From NCBI GenBank assembly GCA_963718615.1, contig OY970368.1, positions 3,904,001 through 3,968,000 on the forward strand: a stretch of DNA of 64,000 nt. Reading direction: 5' to 3'. The stretch comes from an uncultured cyanobacterium. Its GTDB lineage: Bacteria > Cyanobacteriota > Cyanobacteriia > PCC-9006 > JAAUQQ01. A program made the translations under genes and the position numbers. Below are positions 39,229-50,876 of the stretch, piece by piece. The notes beneath the pieces were generated by a model that was given only the letters and a program-made list of their open reading frames with translations, searched no databases and was not told the origin of the DNA. The first letter of the stretch is position 1, and the number at the start of each line of letters is the position of its first letter.

Positions 39229-40752
39229 TCATTTCTCAAGGTGCCAGGGAGACAGACTCACGAGAAAAGCGCTGCCAGGTCCCTCGGTCTCCACACTGGG
39301 GGGACTACTGGGTGCCGAGGACGAGAGGCGAAGTGTGAGGAGTGCCTGAGGATGCAAAGGACCCGCCGGACTCATCACCTCTAAATGACCTCCCATTTGC
39401 TCCACGAGGCTGCGGGCGATCGCCAACCCTAATCCTGTACCAGGTTTACCACCCTGGGCCTGGATGCCTCGATAATGACGTTCAAACAGTCGCGGTAAAT
39501 CGGCGGCAGGGATTCCTGGACCATCATCACTAATAATGATGCAAACTGTATCTGGCACCTGATTTTCCTGAACCATGCTCTGGACCAATACCACCACGGT
39601 GCCGTTCGCTCGACCATATTTCAAGGCGTTATCGATTAAATTACTCAAAATTTCTCGCAACGCCATAGGACTGCCTTGGATCGGCGGCAGCGGCGTTGGA
39701 GGACAGAGGAAGCGGAGGCTTTGGTTTTGCTCCTGGGCGATCGCCTCAAAGGAATCCAGCAACGGCTGCAAAATTGCCAAAATATCGCAGGCTTCGAGGA
39801 CAAGGGGCTCTCCCCCCAGGGGACTCGCACCAGGCAGGAGCACAGAACTCGGCAAAGCCTGGGGCACCCGCTCCCAATCCTCATCCACAATCTCGGCTTC
39901 CGACAAAATCAAAGGCGATTCGTCAACGGCGGCATTGAGTTGAACCAGGAGTTCTTGGAGGCGATCGCTCTCGCGAATAATGCCTTCAGCCACCCGATGG
40001 TTGGGATCCTCCGTCGACAGACGACGTACCAAAAGCTTACCGAAAGTTCGTAGGGCGGTCAGCGGATTGCGAAACTGGTGAATTAAATTGTCCAGAATAT
40101 CTTGGCGCTGCTCTTGGGCAATTTCCTGCTGCCGAAATCGAGCCTGCAACCATTGCAACCGACGCTCCATCACACAGGCCGCAGAAAGGGTATAGGCCAC
40201 CTGCTCCAGTTGCCCATAATCCTCATCCTGCCAATCCTGTCCTTCCCGCGCAATCACCAGTAAACCGATCGCTTTATTTTCGTAGTAAAGCGGCTGTACC
40301 GCCTGATGCAAGCTGTTGTTGCTGGGCAGCGCTGGCAACCCCACCTCAGCATCTCCCCGTTTAACCTGACCCGCCCGCTTGGATGAGTTTCCCTGTTTTG
40401 TCTGGCTAGATTGTCTCACGTGAGTTGCAGATTTGCGCCAGCGGGAGGGATTGAGCAAACCCAAATCTCTAGAGAAATCTGTAGAATCTTGGGCCATCGG
40501 GCGCGCTGTAGATACACCAGTCTCCCGAGGCCCATCTCCTGTCCATTCGCTCGGCAACTGCAAAGGCTGACTTTGCAGCATCTCTAACGCCGCATCAGGA
40601 TAGACCGCAATGGGAATTAAATTGGCACTATTCCCCCCAAGCCATTCCTCTGCAACGTAAACCACGCTAAGCGTTGCCCCGACTCCACGCGCCAAAAGCC
40701 TCAACTGCCCTTGACTGAGGGCGACAAACTCTGAACTCGCCAATGAACTCAT
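39229..40752 (-). CDS. hik2: GAF-domain histidine kinase, Hik2/CSK-like
   Basis: SSEFVAL..QL N-terminus, HQFRNPLTALRTFGKLL, NLIDNALKY and GTGLGL. It lies divergent from a DUF3155 gene. Confidence 0.82.
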   Translation of the reverse strand: MSSLASSEFVALSQGQLRLLARGVGATLSVVYVAEEWLGGNSANLIPIAVYPDAALEMLQSQPLQLPSEWTGDGPRETGVSTARPMAQDSTDFSRDLGLLNPSRWRKSATHVRQSSQTKQGNSSKRAGQVKRGDAEVGLPALPSNNSLHQAVQPLYYENKAIGLLVIAREGQDWQDEDYGQLEQVAYTLSAACVMERRLQWLQARFRQQEIAQEQRQDILDNLIHQFRNPLTALRTFGKLLVRRLSTEDPNHRVAEGIIRESDRLQELLVQLNAAVDESPLILSEAEIVDEDWERVPQALPSSVLLPGASPLGGEPLVLEACDILAILQPLLDSFEAIAQEQNQSLRFLCPPTPLPPIQGSPMALREILSNLIDNALKYGRANGTVVVLVQSMVQENQVPDTVCIIISDDGPGIPAADLPRLFERHYRGIQAQGGKPGTGLGLAIARSLVEQMGGHLEVMSPAGPLHPQALLTLRLSSSAPSSPPSVETEGPGSAFLVSLSPWHLEK

Positions 40753-40934
40753 TTTGGGAGGGTAGCTTGGCCCCAGCAGGTTGCAAGAATCTCGCTATTA
40801 TCTCATCTCGGGGGGCACAATCCGGAAAAACTACCACCAAGAAGTTGAAATCTTTGGGAGGAACTAGTATACTCGACTACGGTTTTGTAACTGCGCTTTA
40901 ACGAGATGCAGGTTCATACAGGAGGTAGGAGAGG

Positions 40935-41258
40935 TTGGCTAGAAGACGTAAGAGAAAGAGCCGCCGTCGTCTTGAAGGACGGAAGATCCTAGAGCATGTG
41001 CCACAGTACAGTATCGACTGTGGGGAAGACAAACCGGTAACTGCCGCTAGGAAATACATTCACGCAGAGGGTATTGTGCCACCCGCATTGCTATTGGTCA
41101 AGCGCAATGAGCACACTACAGATCGATATTTCTGGGCAGAGAAAGGCTTGTTTGGTGCTCAATATGTGGAAGAAAACCACTTTTTATTCCCTAGCCTTCG
41201 GGTTGCGGAAGATAGTGAGGACGAGGAAGAAGTGCTGACCGCGAGCGCGATCGGCTAA
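40935..41258 (+). CDS. DUF3155-family protein
   Basis: MARRRKRKSRRR.EGR.ILE...NEHTTDRYFWAEKGLFGAQY. Confidence 0.88.
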   Translation: MARRRKRKSRRRLEGRKILEHVPQYSIDCGEDKPVTAARKYIHAEGIVPPALLLVKRNEHTTDRYFWAEKGLFGAQYVEENHFLFPSLRVAEDSEDEEEVLTASAIG

Positions 41259-41399
41259 TTCGACTTCATCGTCCGGGACTCCATTGACTGGGACTCTATT
41301 GTCCAAGATTGAATGCAGATTCATTAAGCTTGAGTTTGGACTTGAGCTGAGGTTTTACCATTCCATTTTGACATAGGGTGTCACCATTGCTTCGCAAAA

Positions 41400-41434
41400 G
41401 AAAGGGCTAAAGTCGATTCGGCTTTGGCCCTTTC
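41400..41434. terminator. Hairpin between convergent genes
   Basis: GAAAGGGCTAAAGTCG...CGGCTTTGGCCCTTTC inverted repeat. Confidence 0.65.
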
Positions 41435-41481
41435 CATTGACCGAAATTGCTTGACTGCAATTGCTTGACCACTATTGAGCA

Positions 41482-42123
41482 TTAAGTCATGATAGGGGCC
41501 AGAATCGATTGAATAAATTTTCTAGCCTGGTCGAGGGACGCTTGGGAAATTTCGTGACCCATCTCAAAGGCTTCGAACTGAAATTCGGCTCCACATTTTT
41601 CTAGCACGCTTTGAGTGGTGAGCGCTGCATCAAAGGGAACAATCAGATCCTGGCGACCATGCAGGACTAAGATCGGTGAAACTGGTGGTGTTTGCGTCTG
41701 TTGCCAATGGGTCGCTAGGTGAGGATGTAAGTAACCGCTGAAAACCACAATGCCGCCCAGGGATCGCTCCAATCCCACCTCCAAGGCCATGGCCCCGCCC
41801 TGGGAAAATCCACCCAGGATCACTCGCTCGGGTGCAATATTCATCTCCGTAATGCAGCAATCCAGCCAATCTCCCAAGGCAGAACGAGCGGTGTCTAAAC
41901 CATCCCAAGTAGGGCTTTCGAGGTCATACCACATCCGTCCCGTAGGATTGTAGGGATGAGGCAGAGGACCATTGGGAAAATAATATTGAACCCCTGACAG
42001 CCCAAAAGCAGGGGATAAATCCATGAGATCTTGGGCATTCGCTCCCCAGCCATGGAGCAAAACAACAAGTCCTTGAGCGGATGGCTCAACAGGACTTGGT
42101 AGGGGAAGCGCAGAAAGGTGCAT
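41482..42123 (-). CDS. Phospholipase/carboxylesterase (alpha/beta hydrolase)
   Basis: LHGWGAN, GFSQG nucleophile elbow, HGRQD and GHEI. Confidence 0.92.
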   Translation of the reverse strand: MHLSALPLPSPVEPSAQGLVVLLHGWGANAQDLMDLSPAFGLSGVQYYFPNGPLPHPYNPTGRMWYDLESPTWDGLDTARSALGDWLDCCITEMNIAPERVILGGFSQGGAMALEVGLERSLGGIVVFSGYLHPHLATHWQQTQTPPVSPILVLHGRQDLIVPFDAALTTQSVLEKCGAEFQFEAFEMGHEISQASLDQARKFIQSILAPIMT

Positions 42124-42149
42124 GGCGATCGCAAACGTTTGGCCAATGC

Positions 42150-42956
42150 CTATGATACTGAACGCTGAGCGGAATAAACGGTTTCCTTCAAAAAGCCACG
42201 TTGGACAAAGGGATCCCGGTATAGACCTAAGCGCTGACTAATCACTAATCCCACAAAGGGAACTGCATCCATCCAGTACCGCTTCCATAAACGGCGTGGC
42301 TCCATCAAAATACGATACAGCCATTCCAAACCGGCTTGGCTGACCCATTTGGGCGATCGCCTCACCTGACCTGCTTCAAAATCAATGGTCGCCCCAATTG
42401 CCAAAAAGGTCTTGACCTGGGGCAATTCAGCTCGATATTTCTGAATCCATTTCTCTTGTTTTGGAGCCCCAAGACCTACCGCCACCACGGTGGCCCCAGA
42501 CTGCCGGATTCGGTCAATAATGCGACGACATTCTGCCTCGTCCGTTTCAAATCCAAAAGGCGGAGAATAGGTATCAATTACCATTTCTCGCTGAACCTGA
42601 CAATTGACATTCCAACGGGCGCGATCGCCAACCCCCTCTCCAGCTCCCAGCAGAAAAATAGTCACGCTATGATCATGACGATAATAGTGATAGAACGCTG
42701 GAAAAAGGTCCGAGCCAGAAATCTTCTCGCGAATCGGGCAGCCTAAAAATCGCGAAACATAAAAGAGAATTTGGCTATCACACACACGATAGTCGGCCTC
42801 CTGATAAACCTGATAAAACTCAGGATCCTGCTGAAGACGAATGACATGGTAAACATTTGGAGTGTATACAACCCCACCACCATTCCCCAATCGTTTCAAC
42901 AGCTCCTTACAGGAAAGATTGTCAATGGAGACGTTCAGGATATTGAGCTGTTCCAT
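42150..42956 (-). CDS. WecB/TagA/CpsF-family glycosyltransferase
   Basis: GSDL, GLGAPKQEKW and GLEWLYR..EPRRLWKRY. Confidence 0.93.
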   Translation of the reverse strand: MEQLNILNVSIDNLSCKELLKRLGNGGGVVYTPNVYHVIRLQQDPEFYQVYQEADYRVCDSQILFYVSRFLGCPIREKISGSDLFPAFYHYYRHDHSVTIFLLGAGEGVGDRARWNVNCQVQREMVIDTYSPPFGFETDEAECRRIIDRIRQSGATVVAVGLGAPKQEKWIQKYRAELPQVKTFLAIGATIDFEAGQVRRSPKWVSQAGLEWLYRILMEPRRLWKRYWMDAVPFVGLVISQRLGLYRDPFVQRGFLKETVYSAQRSVS

Positions 42957-43050
42957 AACCGTCAGTTCACGCTAAAAAAATAGGTAGATACAGGAGTACT
43001 GACTGCGCCAGAAGTCCATGGATCGAGATGGGCTTTCAAGCAATAGCCCG

Positions 43051-43794
43051 TTACATAGCTCCCCGTCGATCCACAACCGCAATCAAGGTTCTGAAAAGAA
43101 GATATAGGTCGTAGCGAATCGACCAACGTTTCTGATAGCGCAGATCTAAGGCCACTACTTGTTCAAAATCCATGACATGGGATCGGCCACTGACCTGCCA
43201 TTCCCCAGTCAAACCTGGACGAACATTCAGTCGAGCCCAATGGTGGTACCGATAGCCCACAACCTCATCTAAGGTTGGAGGACGAGTCCCGACTAAACTC
43301 ATTTCCCCTCGAAGAATATTCCAAAACTGGGGCAGTTCATCAAGACTCGTCCGCCTCAAAAAGCGACCAACCGCTGTTATCCGAGGATCTTGAGCATTCT
43401 TAAAGAGATTGCCATTGGCTTCATTTTTGACCAAGTGCTTGAGTGAATCTGCCTCAATCACCATGGTGCGGAACTTCCAAATTCGAAAGGTTTTTCCTTG
43501 AAGCCCGCACCGAATCTGACTATACAAAATTGGACCGGAGCTATTGAGCCGAATAGCAAGGGCTATTGGCAAGATAATCACAGCAGTTAACGTAAGTCCA
43601 ACCAACGCTCCTCCGATATCCAGCAATCGCTTAGTCCGATTGTGAACGGAGGGATGGAGCGGGGTTAAATTGTCCTCGCAGAAGCCCTCTTCAATTTCCT
43701 TCGTAGAAAATCTTTGTGGAACAGAAATAGGGGGCAATAGCTCAGACCACTTCGTTCCTGACGGATTTGTCAAGAGTTGAGAGGTAACAACCAC
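43051..43794 (-). CDS. Bacterial sugar transferase (priming glycosyltransferase)
   Basis: KRLLDI, KFRTM, DELPQFWNIL.GEMSLVGTRP and RPGLTG.WQV. Confidence 0.93.
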   Translation of the reverse strand: MVVTSQLLTNPSGTKWSELLPPISVPQRFSTKEIEEGFCEDNLTPLHPSVHNRTKRLLDIGGALVGLTLTAVIILPIALAIRLNSSGPILYSQIRCGLQGKTFRIWKFRTMVIEADSLKHLVKNEANGNLFKNAQDPRITAVGRFLRRTSLDELPQFWNILRGEMSLVGTRPPTLDEVVGYRYHHWARLNVRPGLTGEWQVSGRSHVMDFEQVVALDLRYQKRWSIRYDLYLLFRTLIAVVDRRGAM

Positions 43795-44192
43795 AATCGT
43801 AAAGATACCTTAAACACACCTGAGTTGAGCTTCTGTAAATGTACGGTATTCAACTCAAGAGTTTCTAGGTCGGTTAAAGATATTCGTGCAAACTTAATGC
43901 TTAAGTTAGGCAGAAGTAAAAATCGTGGGAAGTATCCGGATATTTATGTCGTTTTTAGAACTTCTTAGTCATAGAAAAATTAATACGTAATGCAACGATA
44001 AAGAAACTTTTAAGCTCTACTATAACCAACCCAAAACGTCCAGATTATTTTATTTGCTGAGATTGGTTCTTAAAGAAGAAAACAAAACAAAGGAAAACGA
44101 AGCCAAGTCAGAGCAAATCAAAGCAAATTAAATCACATAGGACGACAGATCAGCCGTTAATCAGAATTCAAAAACCTGATAAGCATCCAAAG

Positions 44193-44218
44193 AAAAGGAG
44201 GGTTTTACCCCTCCTTTT
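44193..44218 (-). terminator. clpC intrinsic terminator
   Basis: AAAAGGAGGG-loop-CCCTCCTTTT about 85 nt downstream of the clpC stop. Confidence 0.75.
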
Positions 44219-44303
44219 TCAGAAACAAAGATCTGGCTAGAGCGTTAGCTAGAGGGGTTAATGGCCCCTCTATACCATAAGCCCTACTCTAGTCAACTAC
44301 TGA

Positions 44304-46781
44304 CTAGTCCGCACTGGGAAGCAGCTCACGCCGTTCACTAGGACGTATTTGAACTTTTCCATCTGTATCAACATCGACGACTGCAGCATCACCATCTTGG
44401 AGACGCCCCGAGAGAATTTCTTCTGCTAAGGAATCTTCTAGGAGTCGCATAATCGCCCGACGCAGGGGACGCGCACCGTAGCTCGGATTGTAGCCTTCTT
44501 CAATCAGCCGCTCTTTAAAGGCGCTGGTCACATCTAGGGATATGCCCCGCTCCGTTAAGCGACCAAAGACCTCACGCAGCATGATCTCAGCAATGTGCTT
44601 CACTTCATCCTTGGTGAGCTGACGGAAGACGATAATTTCGTCGAGTCGGTTCAAGAATTCAGGACGGAAGTATTGCTTGAGTTCTTCGTTGACCAGCGAG
44701 CGAATCCGATTGTATTGAGATTCTGCCATGTCGTTGCCGGAGAAGTCGAAGCCTAGGCCACCGCCACCCTTCTCAATCACCTTAGAACCGATGTTCGAGG
44801 TCATGATGATTAAGGTGTTCTTGAAATCCACCGTGCGTCCCTTCGAATCGGTCAGTCGACCATCTTCTAGGATTTGCAAAAGCAGATTGAAGACATCGGG
44901 ATGAGCTTTCTCAATTTCGTCAAACAGGACGACGGTATAGGGCCGACGACGAACAGCTTCGGTGAGCTGTCCCCCTTCGCTGTAGCCGACGTAACCCGGA
45001 GGCGAACCGATCAGCTTGGAAACGGTATGACGCTCCATGAACTCCGACATGTCAAGACGAATCATCGCCTCTTCGGAACCAAAGAAGTAGGCGGCGAGGG
45101 CTTTGGTCAGCTCGGTTTTACCCACGCCGGTTGGACCGGAGAAAATAAAGCTGGCGATCGGACGATTGGGATTCTTCAGACCCACTCTGGCTCGGCGAAT
45201 GGCTCGCGAAACCGCTTTCACGGCTTCATCTTGACCAATCAGGCGACCATGAAGTGTGTCTTCCATGTTCAGAAGTTTCTCGGACTCAGACTCGGTGAGC
45301 TTGTTCACCGGTACGCCAGTCCAGGAAGCAACGATTTGGGCAATGTCCTCCTCGGTGACCACAGGGGAATCTTCGGGAACTCCAGCTTCTTGGGATTCGG
45401 CCTTTTTGGTTTGGGCGATCGAGCGGATTTGGGCCTTGATTTCCATTTCGCGATCGCGCAATTCCCCAGCCTTATCAAAGTCTTGGGATCGCACCGCATC
45501 ATCCTTTTCCCGCAGAACCTGGCGCAGCTCCCGATCAAGCTCCTTGGCAGCAGGGGGCAACTGGGAATTGATCAGCCGAACACGGGATCCCGCTTCGTCG
45601 ATCAAGTCGATGGCCTTATCGGGCAAGAAGCGATCGCTAATATAGCGATCGGCCAACTGGGCAGCGGCTTCGAGGGCCTCGTCAGAAATCTTGAGTTTGT
45701 GGTGTTGCTCATAGCGCTCCCGCAAACCATGGAGAATTTCGATGGTTTCCTCAACACTGGGCTCACCCACCATCACCGGCTGGAAGCGACGTTCTAGGGC
45801 CGCATCCCGTTCGATGTGTTTGCGGTATTCGTCCAGAGTAGTTGCGCCTATACACTGAAGCTCACCCCGCGCCAGAGCGGGTTTGAGAATATTGGCTGCA
45901 TCGATCGCCCCTTCGGCGGCTCCTGCACCAATCAGTGTATGAACTTCGTCAATCACCAGGATGATATTTCCGGCGGAGCGGATTTCATCCATGATTTTCT
46001 TGAGGCGCTCTTCAAATTCACCCCGATATTTGGTTCCTGCAACCAGCAGACCAATATCCAGCGTGACCACGCGCTTGTCTTCAAGAATGTCGGGGATATC
46101 GTTGTTGGCGATGCGCTGGGCTAGCCCTTCGGCGATCGCCGTCTTACCAACACCGGGTTCCCCAATCAAAACCGGATTGTTTTTGGTCCGGCGACCTAGG
46201 ATCTGAATGACCCGCTCAATCTCTTTCTGACGTCCAACGACGGGATCAAGCTTGCCCTCCGCCGCCATTTGGGTCAGGTTCGAGCCGAACTCATCCAAGG
46301 TAGGGGTTTTGGTTCGACCTTGTCCCCCGCCTGTAGTCACCTCGGCAGTTTCCCCAAGCTGACGAATCACCTGAGTGCGTACCTTCGACAAATCAACACC
46401 CAGGTTTTCAAGAACGCGGGCAGCAACGCCTTCGCCTTCCCGAATTAAACCCAGCAAAAGGTGTTCTGTACCGATATAGTTATGACCGAGCTGGCGAGCT
46501 TCCTCGAGGGAGAGCTCAAGCACACGTTTGGCACGCGGCGTGAACGGGATCTCCACAGCGACGAACCCCGACCCTCGACCGATTATTTTTTCTACTTCTA
46601 TGCGGGCGTCTTTGAGGTTGACTCCCATAGATTTGAGGACTTTGGCAGCTACTCCGGTCCCTTCGCCAATGAGGCCAAGCAGGATTTGCTCGGTCCCGAC
46701 GAAATTGTGGCCAAGCCGTCTGGCTTCCTCTTGGGCCAACATAATGACCTTAATAGCTTTCTCTGTGAAGCGTTCAAACAT
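44304..46781 (-). CDS. clpC: ATP-dependent Clp protease ATP-binding subunit ClpC
   Basis: [25 protein letters not shown] and two AAA+ modules ([16 protein letters not shown]). Confidence 0.98.
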   Translation of the reverse strand: MFERFTEKAIKVIMLAQEEARRLGHNFVGTEQILLGLIGEGTGVAAKVLKSMGVNLKDARIEVEKIIGRGSGFVAVEIPFTPRAKRVLELSLEEARQLGHNYIGTEHLLLGLIREGEGVAARVLENLGVDLSKVRTQVIRQLGETAEVTTGGGQGRTKTPTLDEFGSNLTQMAAEGKLDPVVGRQKEIERVIQILGRRTKNNPVLIGEPGVGKTAIAEGLAQRIANNDIPDILEDKRVVTLDIGLLVAGTKYRGEFEERLKKIMDEIRSAGNIILVIDEVHTLIGAGAAEGAIDAANILKPALARGELQCIGATTLDEYRKHIERDAALERRFQPVMVGEPSVEETIEILHGLRERYEQHHKLKISDEALEAAAQLADRYISDRFLPDKAIDLIDEAGSRVRLINSQLPPAAKELDRELRQVLREKDDAVRSQDFDKAGELRDREMEIKAQIRSIAQTKKAESQEAGVPEDSPVVTEEDIAQIVASWTGVPVNKLTESESEKLLNMEDTLHGRLIGQDEAVKAVSRAIRRARVGLKNPNRPIASFIFSGPTGVGKTELTKALAAYFFGSEEAMIRLDMSEFMERHTVSKLIGSPPGYVGYSEGGQLTEAVRRRPYTVVLFDEIEKAHPDVFNLLLQILEDGRLTDSKGRTVDFKNTLIIMTSNIGSKVIEKGGGGLGFDFSGNDMAESQYNRIRSLVNEELKQYFRPEFLNRLDEIIVFRQLTKDEVKHIAEIMLREVFGRLTERGISLDVTSAFKERLIEEGYNPSYGARPLRRAIMRLLEDSLAEEILSGRLQDGDAAVVDVDTDGKVQIRPSERRELLPSAD

Positions 46782-46887
46782 GATGTTTTCCCATCACCTG
46801 CTGCGAGCCGGTACGCTGATTCTAGCACAGCAAAAGGTTGCTACTGTCTCGCAGGAAACAGTAACAGGGGTGTGGTTTTCACGACTT

Positions 46888-47502
46888 TTACGAAAGTGAG
46901 GCGAAGTCCGGCGTGAGGGAAGGAATGATGGCGAATGCACCGTAGGAAGCTCCTAGGCGATCGCAACATTGCTGGTAAAGGGCGTCTAACAGGGTGCCAC
47001 AGGCGGGTTCCTGCAGTCCCTTATGCCACAAGATGAGGGCATTTTCGCCGTCGGGATAGTAGTGGCGACGCTCACCGACCGTACAAAAACCGAGCTTATC
47101 ATATAGGGCTAGGGCTGGCCTATTGCCTGCACGAACTTCTAGGGTGGCCCATTCCAACCCCCGTGAGCGGGCGCAGTGAAGCAGCCCCCAAAGCAGGGTT
47201 TGCCCGAGCCCTTGGCGCTGATAGTCGGGATCAACGGCCAGAAGGGTAATGTGCGCTTCTTCTAAAATCGCCCACAAACACCCTACACCTAAAATTTCAG
47301 GACTTGAAGGCTGCTGCGGGGTGCCAGGTGTGGCTGGGGGATCGCGGCGCAGGATGAGTAAATCGCTATTGGGGCTATCGATCTCCCGTTGATACCCTGC
47401 TTCGGTCCAGAGCCCCCCTAGAGCCCGTTGATCTAGGGCGATCGCCTGGGGCAGTAAATCACAGGTCAAAGAGGTCAGTTGCAGAGACGGGAGAGCAGCC
47501 AT
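46888..47502 (-). CDS. rimI: Ribosomal-protein alanine N-acetyltransferase
   Basis: EEAHITLLAV, QRQGLG, TLEVR and RRHYYPDGENA. Lies upstream of clpC. Confidence 0.9.
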   Translation of the reverse strand: MAALPSLQLTSLTCDLLPQAIALDQRALGGLWTEAGYQREIDSPNSDLLILRRDPPATPGTPQQPSSPEILGVGCLWAILEEAHITLLAVDPDYQRQGLGQTLLWGLLHCARSRGLEWATLEVRAGNRPALALYDKLGFCTVGERRHYYPDGENALILWHKGLQEPACGTLLDALYQQCCDRLGASYGAFAIIPSLTPDFASLS

Positions 47503-47706
47503 AGAGCGGATCCAGCAGGGTTGCGCGGGAGGATGGGAGAAACCAGTACACTACAAACCAGTACACTAAGGGGATGATTCTGGCCAATGATTATGGCCAA
47601 TGGGGGACAGCGGTTCCCACTCCGTCAGTTTCTCAAATTTTTTGCGCAACCAATTTTTTGCGCGCCATTAAACTAGGACCCACAGTTTAGGACTCAACCG
47701 TAGGCC

Positions 47707-49119
47707 ATGGAATCGACACAAGCTGCTCCCCCCTCCCATTCCGGTTTTGCTTATCTTCAGGTTGCTGAGGGGGACGACACAAGCCGCTCCCCCAATCAGG
47801 CACTCCTGCCGCTCACAGCCCAGGTGAATGAACATGATCATCTGGAGATCGGAGGGTGTGATCTCAAGGATTTGGTGGAGCAGTTTGGTTCTCCCCTCTA
47901 CGTCTTGGATGAAGCAACGCTGCGAGCCGCTTGCCGTCAGTATCGCGAGTCTCTCCAGCAGTTCTATGGGGGTCCTACCCTGGCAATTTATGCCTCAAAA
48001 GCTTGGAACTGTTTGGCGGTGGATGCCATTGTGCGGGATGAGGCCCTAGGGATCGATGTGGTTTCGGGGGGAGAGCTTTACACGGCGCTGAAGGCGGGTT
48101 TTTCGCCGAGCCATATCTATTTTCATGGCAATAATAAATCTCGTCAGGAGCTGGCAGAGGCGATCGCCGCAGGCTGCAAGATCGTGGCGGATAACTGGCT
48201 AGAGCTTCAAACCTTGGTGGCCCTGAGCCAAGAAACAGGCGCATCAGAGCCCATTGCGGTGATGCTTCGGTTTACGCCGGGGATTGAATGCCACACCCAC
48301 GAATACATTCGCACCGGTCATTTGGACAGTAAGTTTGGGTTTGACCCCGAGCAGCAAGAGGAGGTGTTCCAATATGTAAGTGCACAACCAGAGCTCCGCT
48401 GTATCGGTATCCATGCCCACATTGGGTCTCAAATTTTTGAACTACAGCCCCATCAGGACCTCGCCGATGTGTTGGTGCGAGCCTACAAAGCAGCCCAAAC
48501 CCATGGATTGCCCGTGGATGAATTAAACGTGGGTGGGGGACTCGGCATTCGCTATACCGAATCGGATGATCCACCGAGCATTGCCACTTGGGTGGAGCGG
48601 GTGGCGACGGCGCTGATGAATGCTTGTGAAGCCCATGGGGTTGCGTTGCCAAAGTTGATTTGTGAACCGGGGCGATCGCTCATTGGCTCCGCCTGCGTGA
48701 CGGCCTACACCGTGGGCAGTCAAAAAGAGGTCCCCGGCATTCGCAAATACATTACCGTCGATGGCGGCATGTCCGACAACCCGCGCCCGATTACCTATCA
48801 GTCTCTCTATCGCGCGGTCCTAGCCAATCGTATGTCGGCGACTGCCTCAGAAACGGTGACGATCGCCGGTAAACACTGCGAATCGGGAGATGTCTTGATC
48901 AAAGACGCCCTCTTGCCGCCTACGGAACCGGGGGATACCCTAGTCGTCATGGGGACCGGAGCGTACAACTACAGTATGTCTTCCAACTACAATCGATTGA
49001 CCCGCCCTGCGGGGGTTTTGGTGCAGGGGGGGCAAGCAGAGCTGATTCTTCAGCGCGAGACCTATGCGGATCTGGTACGCTTCGATTGTCTACCGACCCG
49101 ACTGGCGACGGACAGCTAG
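47707..49119 (+). CDS. lysA: Diaminopimelate decarboxylase
   Basis: YASKA, HIGSQ, EPGR, HCESGD and GAY motifs. Confidence 0.96.
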   Translation: MESTQAAPPSHSGFAYLQVAEGDDTSRSPNQALLPLTAQVNEHDHLEIGGCDLKDLVEQFGSPLYVLDEATLRAACRQYRESLQQFYGGPTLAIYASKAWNCLAVDAIVRDEALGIDVVSGGELYTALKAGFSPSHIYFHGNNKSRQELAEAIAAGCKIVADNWLELQTLVALSQETGASEPIAVMLRFTPGIECHTHEYIRTGHLDSKFGFDPEQQEEVFQYVSAQPELRCIGIHAHIGSQIFELQPHQDLADVLVRAYKAAQTHGLPVDELNVGGGLGIRYTESDDPPSIATWVERVATALMNACEAHGVALPKLICEPGRSLIGSACVTAYTVGSQKEVPGIRKYITVDGGMSDNPRPITYQSLYRAVLANRMSATASETVTIAGKHCESGDVLIKDALLPPTEPGDTLVVMGTGAYNYSMSSNYNRLTRPAGVLVQGGQAELILQRETYADLVRFDCLPTRLATDS

Positions 49120-49159
49120 TGCGATCGCGCTCGGACTGAGTTAACAGGATCAATCCAGG

Positions 49160-50086
49160 TTGATGGCGGATTTGTGGCAACTATGGCTGAGCAAGACGTC
49201 CGGGGGGCAACCCTGGTTTGTCAATGCGATTGATGTCGGTTTGGTTGTCCTGGTGACCTACCTCCTTCTGATTGTGATTGGAGAACGGCAGACCCTCTGG
49301 ATGGTTCGAGGGTTTGTCATTCTGATGCTGGCCTTAGTGTTGAGCCGTCGCCTGGGTTTGAGTTTACTCAGCTTTCTCCTGGGCTACTTGGTGTTGGGAG
49401 CGGCGGTGGCCATGTCGATCGTGCTTCAGTCCGAATTTCGTCGGTTTCTAGAGCAATTGGGGCGAGGCCAGATTCTGCAACTGTTTTCGGTTCGTAAACC
49501 CCAAGCGGCGCGATCGGATGTGATTGACGAAATCGTTGATTCGGTCAAAGAACTCTCTCAAAATCGGACCGGTGCATTATTGATGCTTGAAACCGGGGAT
49601 CCCCTCGATGAACGGGATTTTTCGGTGCCCGGTGTGCGCATCAATGCTGAGGTTTCCAAGGAGTTACTGCAAACTATTTTTCAGACTTCGACCTTGCTCC
49701 ATGACGGAGCGGTGTTGATTCGGGGATCGCGCATTATGGCAGCTAGTGTGATTTTGCCCATTTCAGAGCGATCGGCGGCGCGGCGTTTGGGTACTCGCCA
49801 TCGGGCGGCCATGGGCATTACTGAACGGGTCGAAAATTGTTTGTGTATTGTGGTTTCTGAAGAGACGGGATCCATTTCCCTCGCGGAACGCGGTATTCTT
49901 AATCGTCCCCTCACAAGCAGCAAGCTGAGGGAAATTTTGCAGGATCGCCTGTCCCAATCGGTTGAATTGGAAACGGTGGCTCCGGACCTTCGCAACCTTA
50001 GCCGCAAGTTATTTGAGCAGTGGCTGAGATGGATGGCGAAGGCCTTTAGTTTTCTCAGTCCATCGGCGTCTCGGGAGAAAAAATGA
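49160..50086 (+). CDS. cdaA: Diadenylate cyclase CdaA
   Basis: Three TM helices plus the HDGA and GTRHRAA motifs. Confidence 0.94.
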   Translation: MMADLWQLWLSKTSGGQPWFVNAIDVGLVVLVTYLLLIVIGERQTLWMVRGFVILMLALVLSRRLGLSLLSFLLGYLVLGAAVAMSIVLQSEFRRFLEQLGRGQILQLFSVRKPQAARSDVIDEIVDSVKELSQNRTGALLMLETGDPLDERDFSVPGVRINAEVSKELLQTIFQTSTLLHDGAVLIRGSRIMAASVILPISERSAARRLGTRHRAAMGITERVENCLCIVVSEETGSISLAERGILNRPLTSSKLREILQDRLSQSVELETVAPDLRNLSRKLFEQWLRWMAKAFSFLSPSASREKK

Positions 50087-50835
50087 TTGCTAAGCTGACG
50101 ACGGCTCCGCACCAGCTTCCTGCGGATTTGCAGGTCGATCGCCTGCCGAAGCATGTGGCGGTGATTATGGATGGCAATGGACGCTGGGCAAAACGGCGGG
50201 GGTTGCCGCGCATTATGGGGCATCGGCGGGGGGTCGATACCCTCAAAACCCTGCTGCGTTGTTCTGATGATTGGGGAATTCAGGCGCTGACGGCCTATGC
50301 TTTTTCGACGGAGAACTGGGGCCGTCCCAGTGATGAGGTGGATTTTTTGATGATGCTGTTTGAGCGGGTCCTGCGGCAGGAGCTCAAGGAACTGATGGCG
50401 GAGAATGTGCGGATTCGCTTTGTCGGTAATCTCAAGGCGTTACCGCCTTCGCTGCAAGCGGAGATCGAGGGGGCGATGCTGGAGACCCAAAATAATCAGG
50501 GCATTCAGTTTACGGTGGCGACGAACTATGGCGGGCGGCAGGAAATTGTGCAGGCTTGTCAGGCGATCGCCCACCAGGTCCAAGCGGGCCAGCTCAATCC
50601 GGATGATATCGACGAGTCTATTTTTGAGCAGCACCTATACACCCAAGGGCTGGGCGATCCAGATTTGCTGATTCGGACAAGTGGTGAGATGCGCATCAGC
50701 AATTTTCTGCTGTGGCAGTTGGCCTATGCGGAAATGTATGTGACGGATACGCTCTGGCCGGATTTTGATCGGGATGAGTTTCATCAGGCGTTGTCGAACT
50801 ACCAGCAGCGCCATCGTCGGTTTGGCAAGCTTTAG
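50083..50835 (+). CDS. uppS: Undecaprenyl diphosphate synthase (isoprenyl transferase)
   Basis: [15 protein letters not shown] and [15 protein letters not shown]. Confidence 0.96.
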   Translation: MIAKLTTAPHQLPADLQVDRLPKHVAVIMDGNGRWAKRRGLPRIMGHRRGVDTLKTLLRCSDDWGIQALTAYAFSTENWGRPSDEVDFLMMLFERVLRQELKELMAENVRIRFVGNLKALPPSLQAEIEGAMLETQNNQGIQFTVATNYGGRQEIVQACQAIAHQVQAGQLNPDDIDESIFEQHLYTQGLGDPDLLIRTSGEMRISNFLLWQLAYAEMYVTDTLWPDFDRDEFHQALSNYQQRHRRFGKL

Positions 50836-50876
50836 GACAGCCTATGATGAAGAGACCATTTTGAGGGGCCAATCCC

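Noticed and set aside
44874-45797. 307-aa antisense ORF in clpC, and similar long antisense ORFs in rluA and recQ
   Set aside because: These are codon-bias shadows of conserved genes.
44304-50835. clpC-rimI / lysA-cdaA-uppS cluster as a novel c-di-AMP system
   Set aside because: This is a well-known conserved cyanobacterial gene arrangement.
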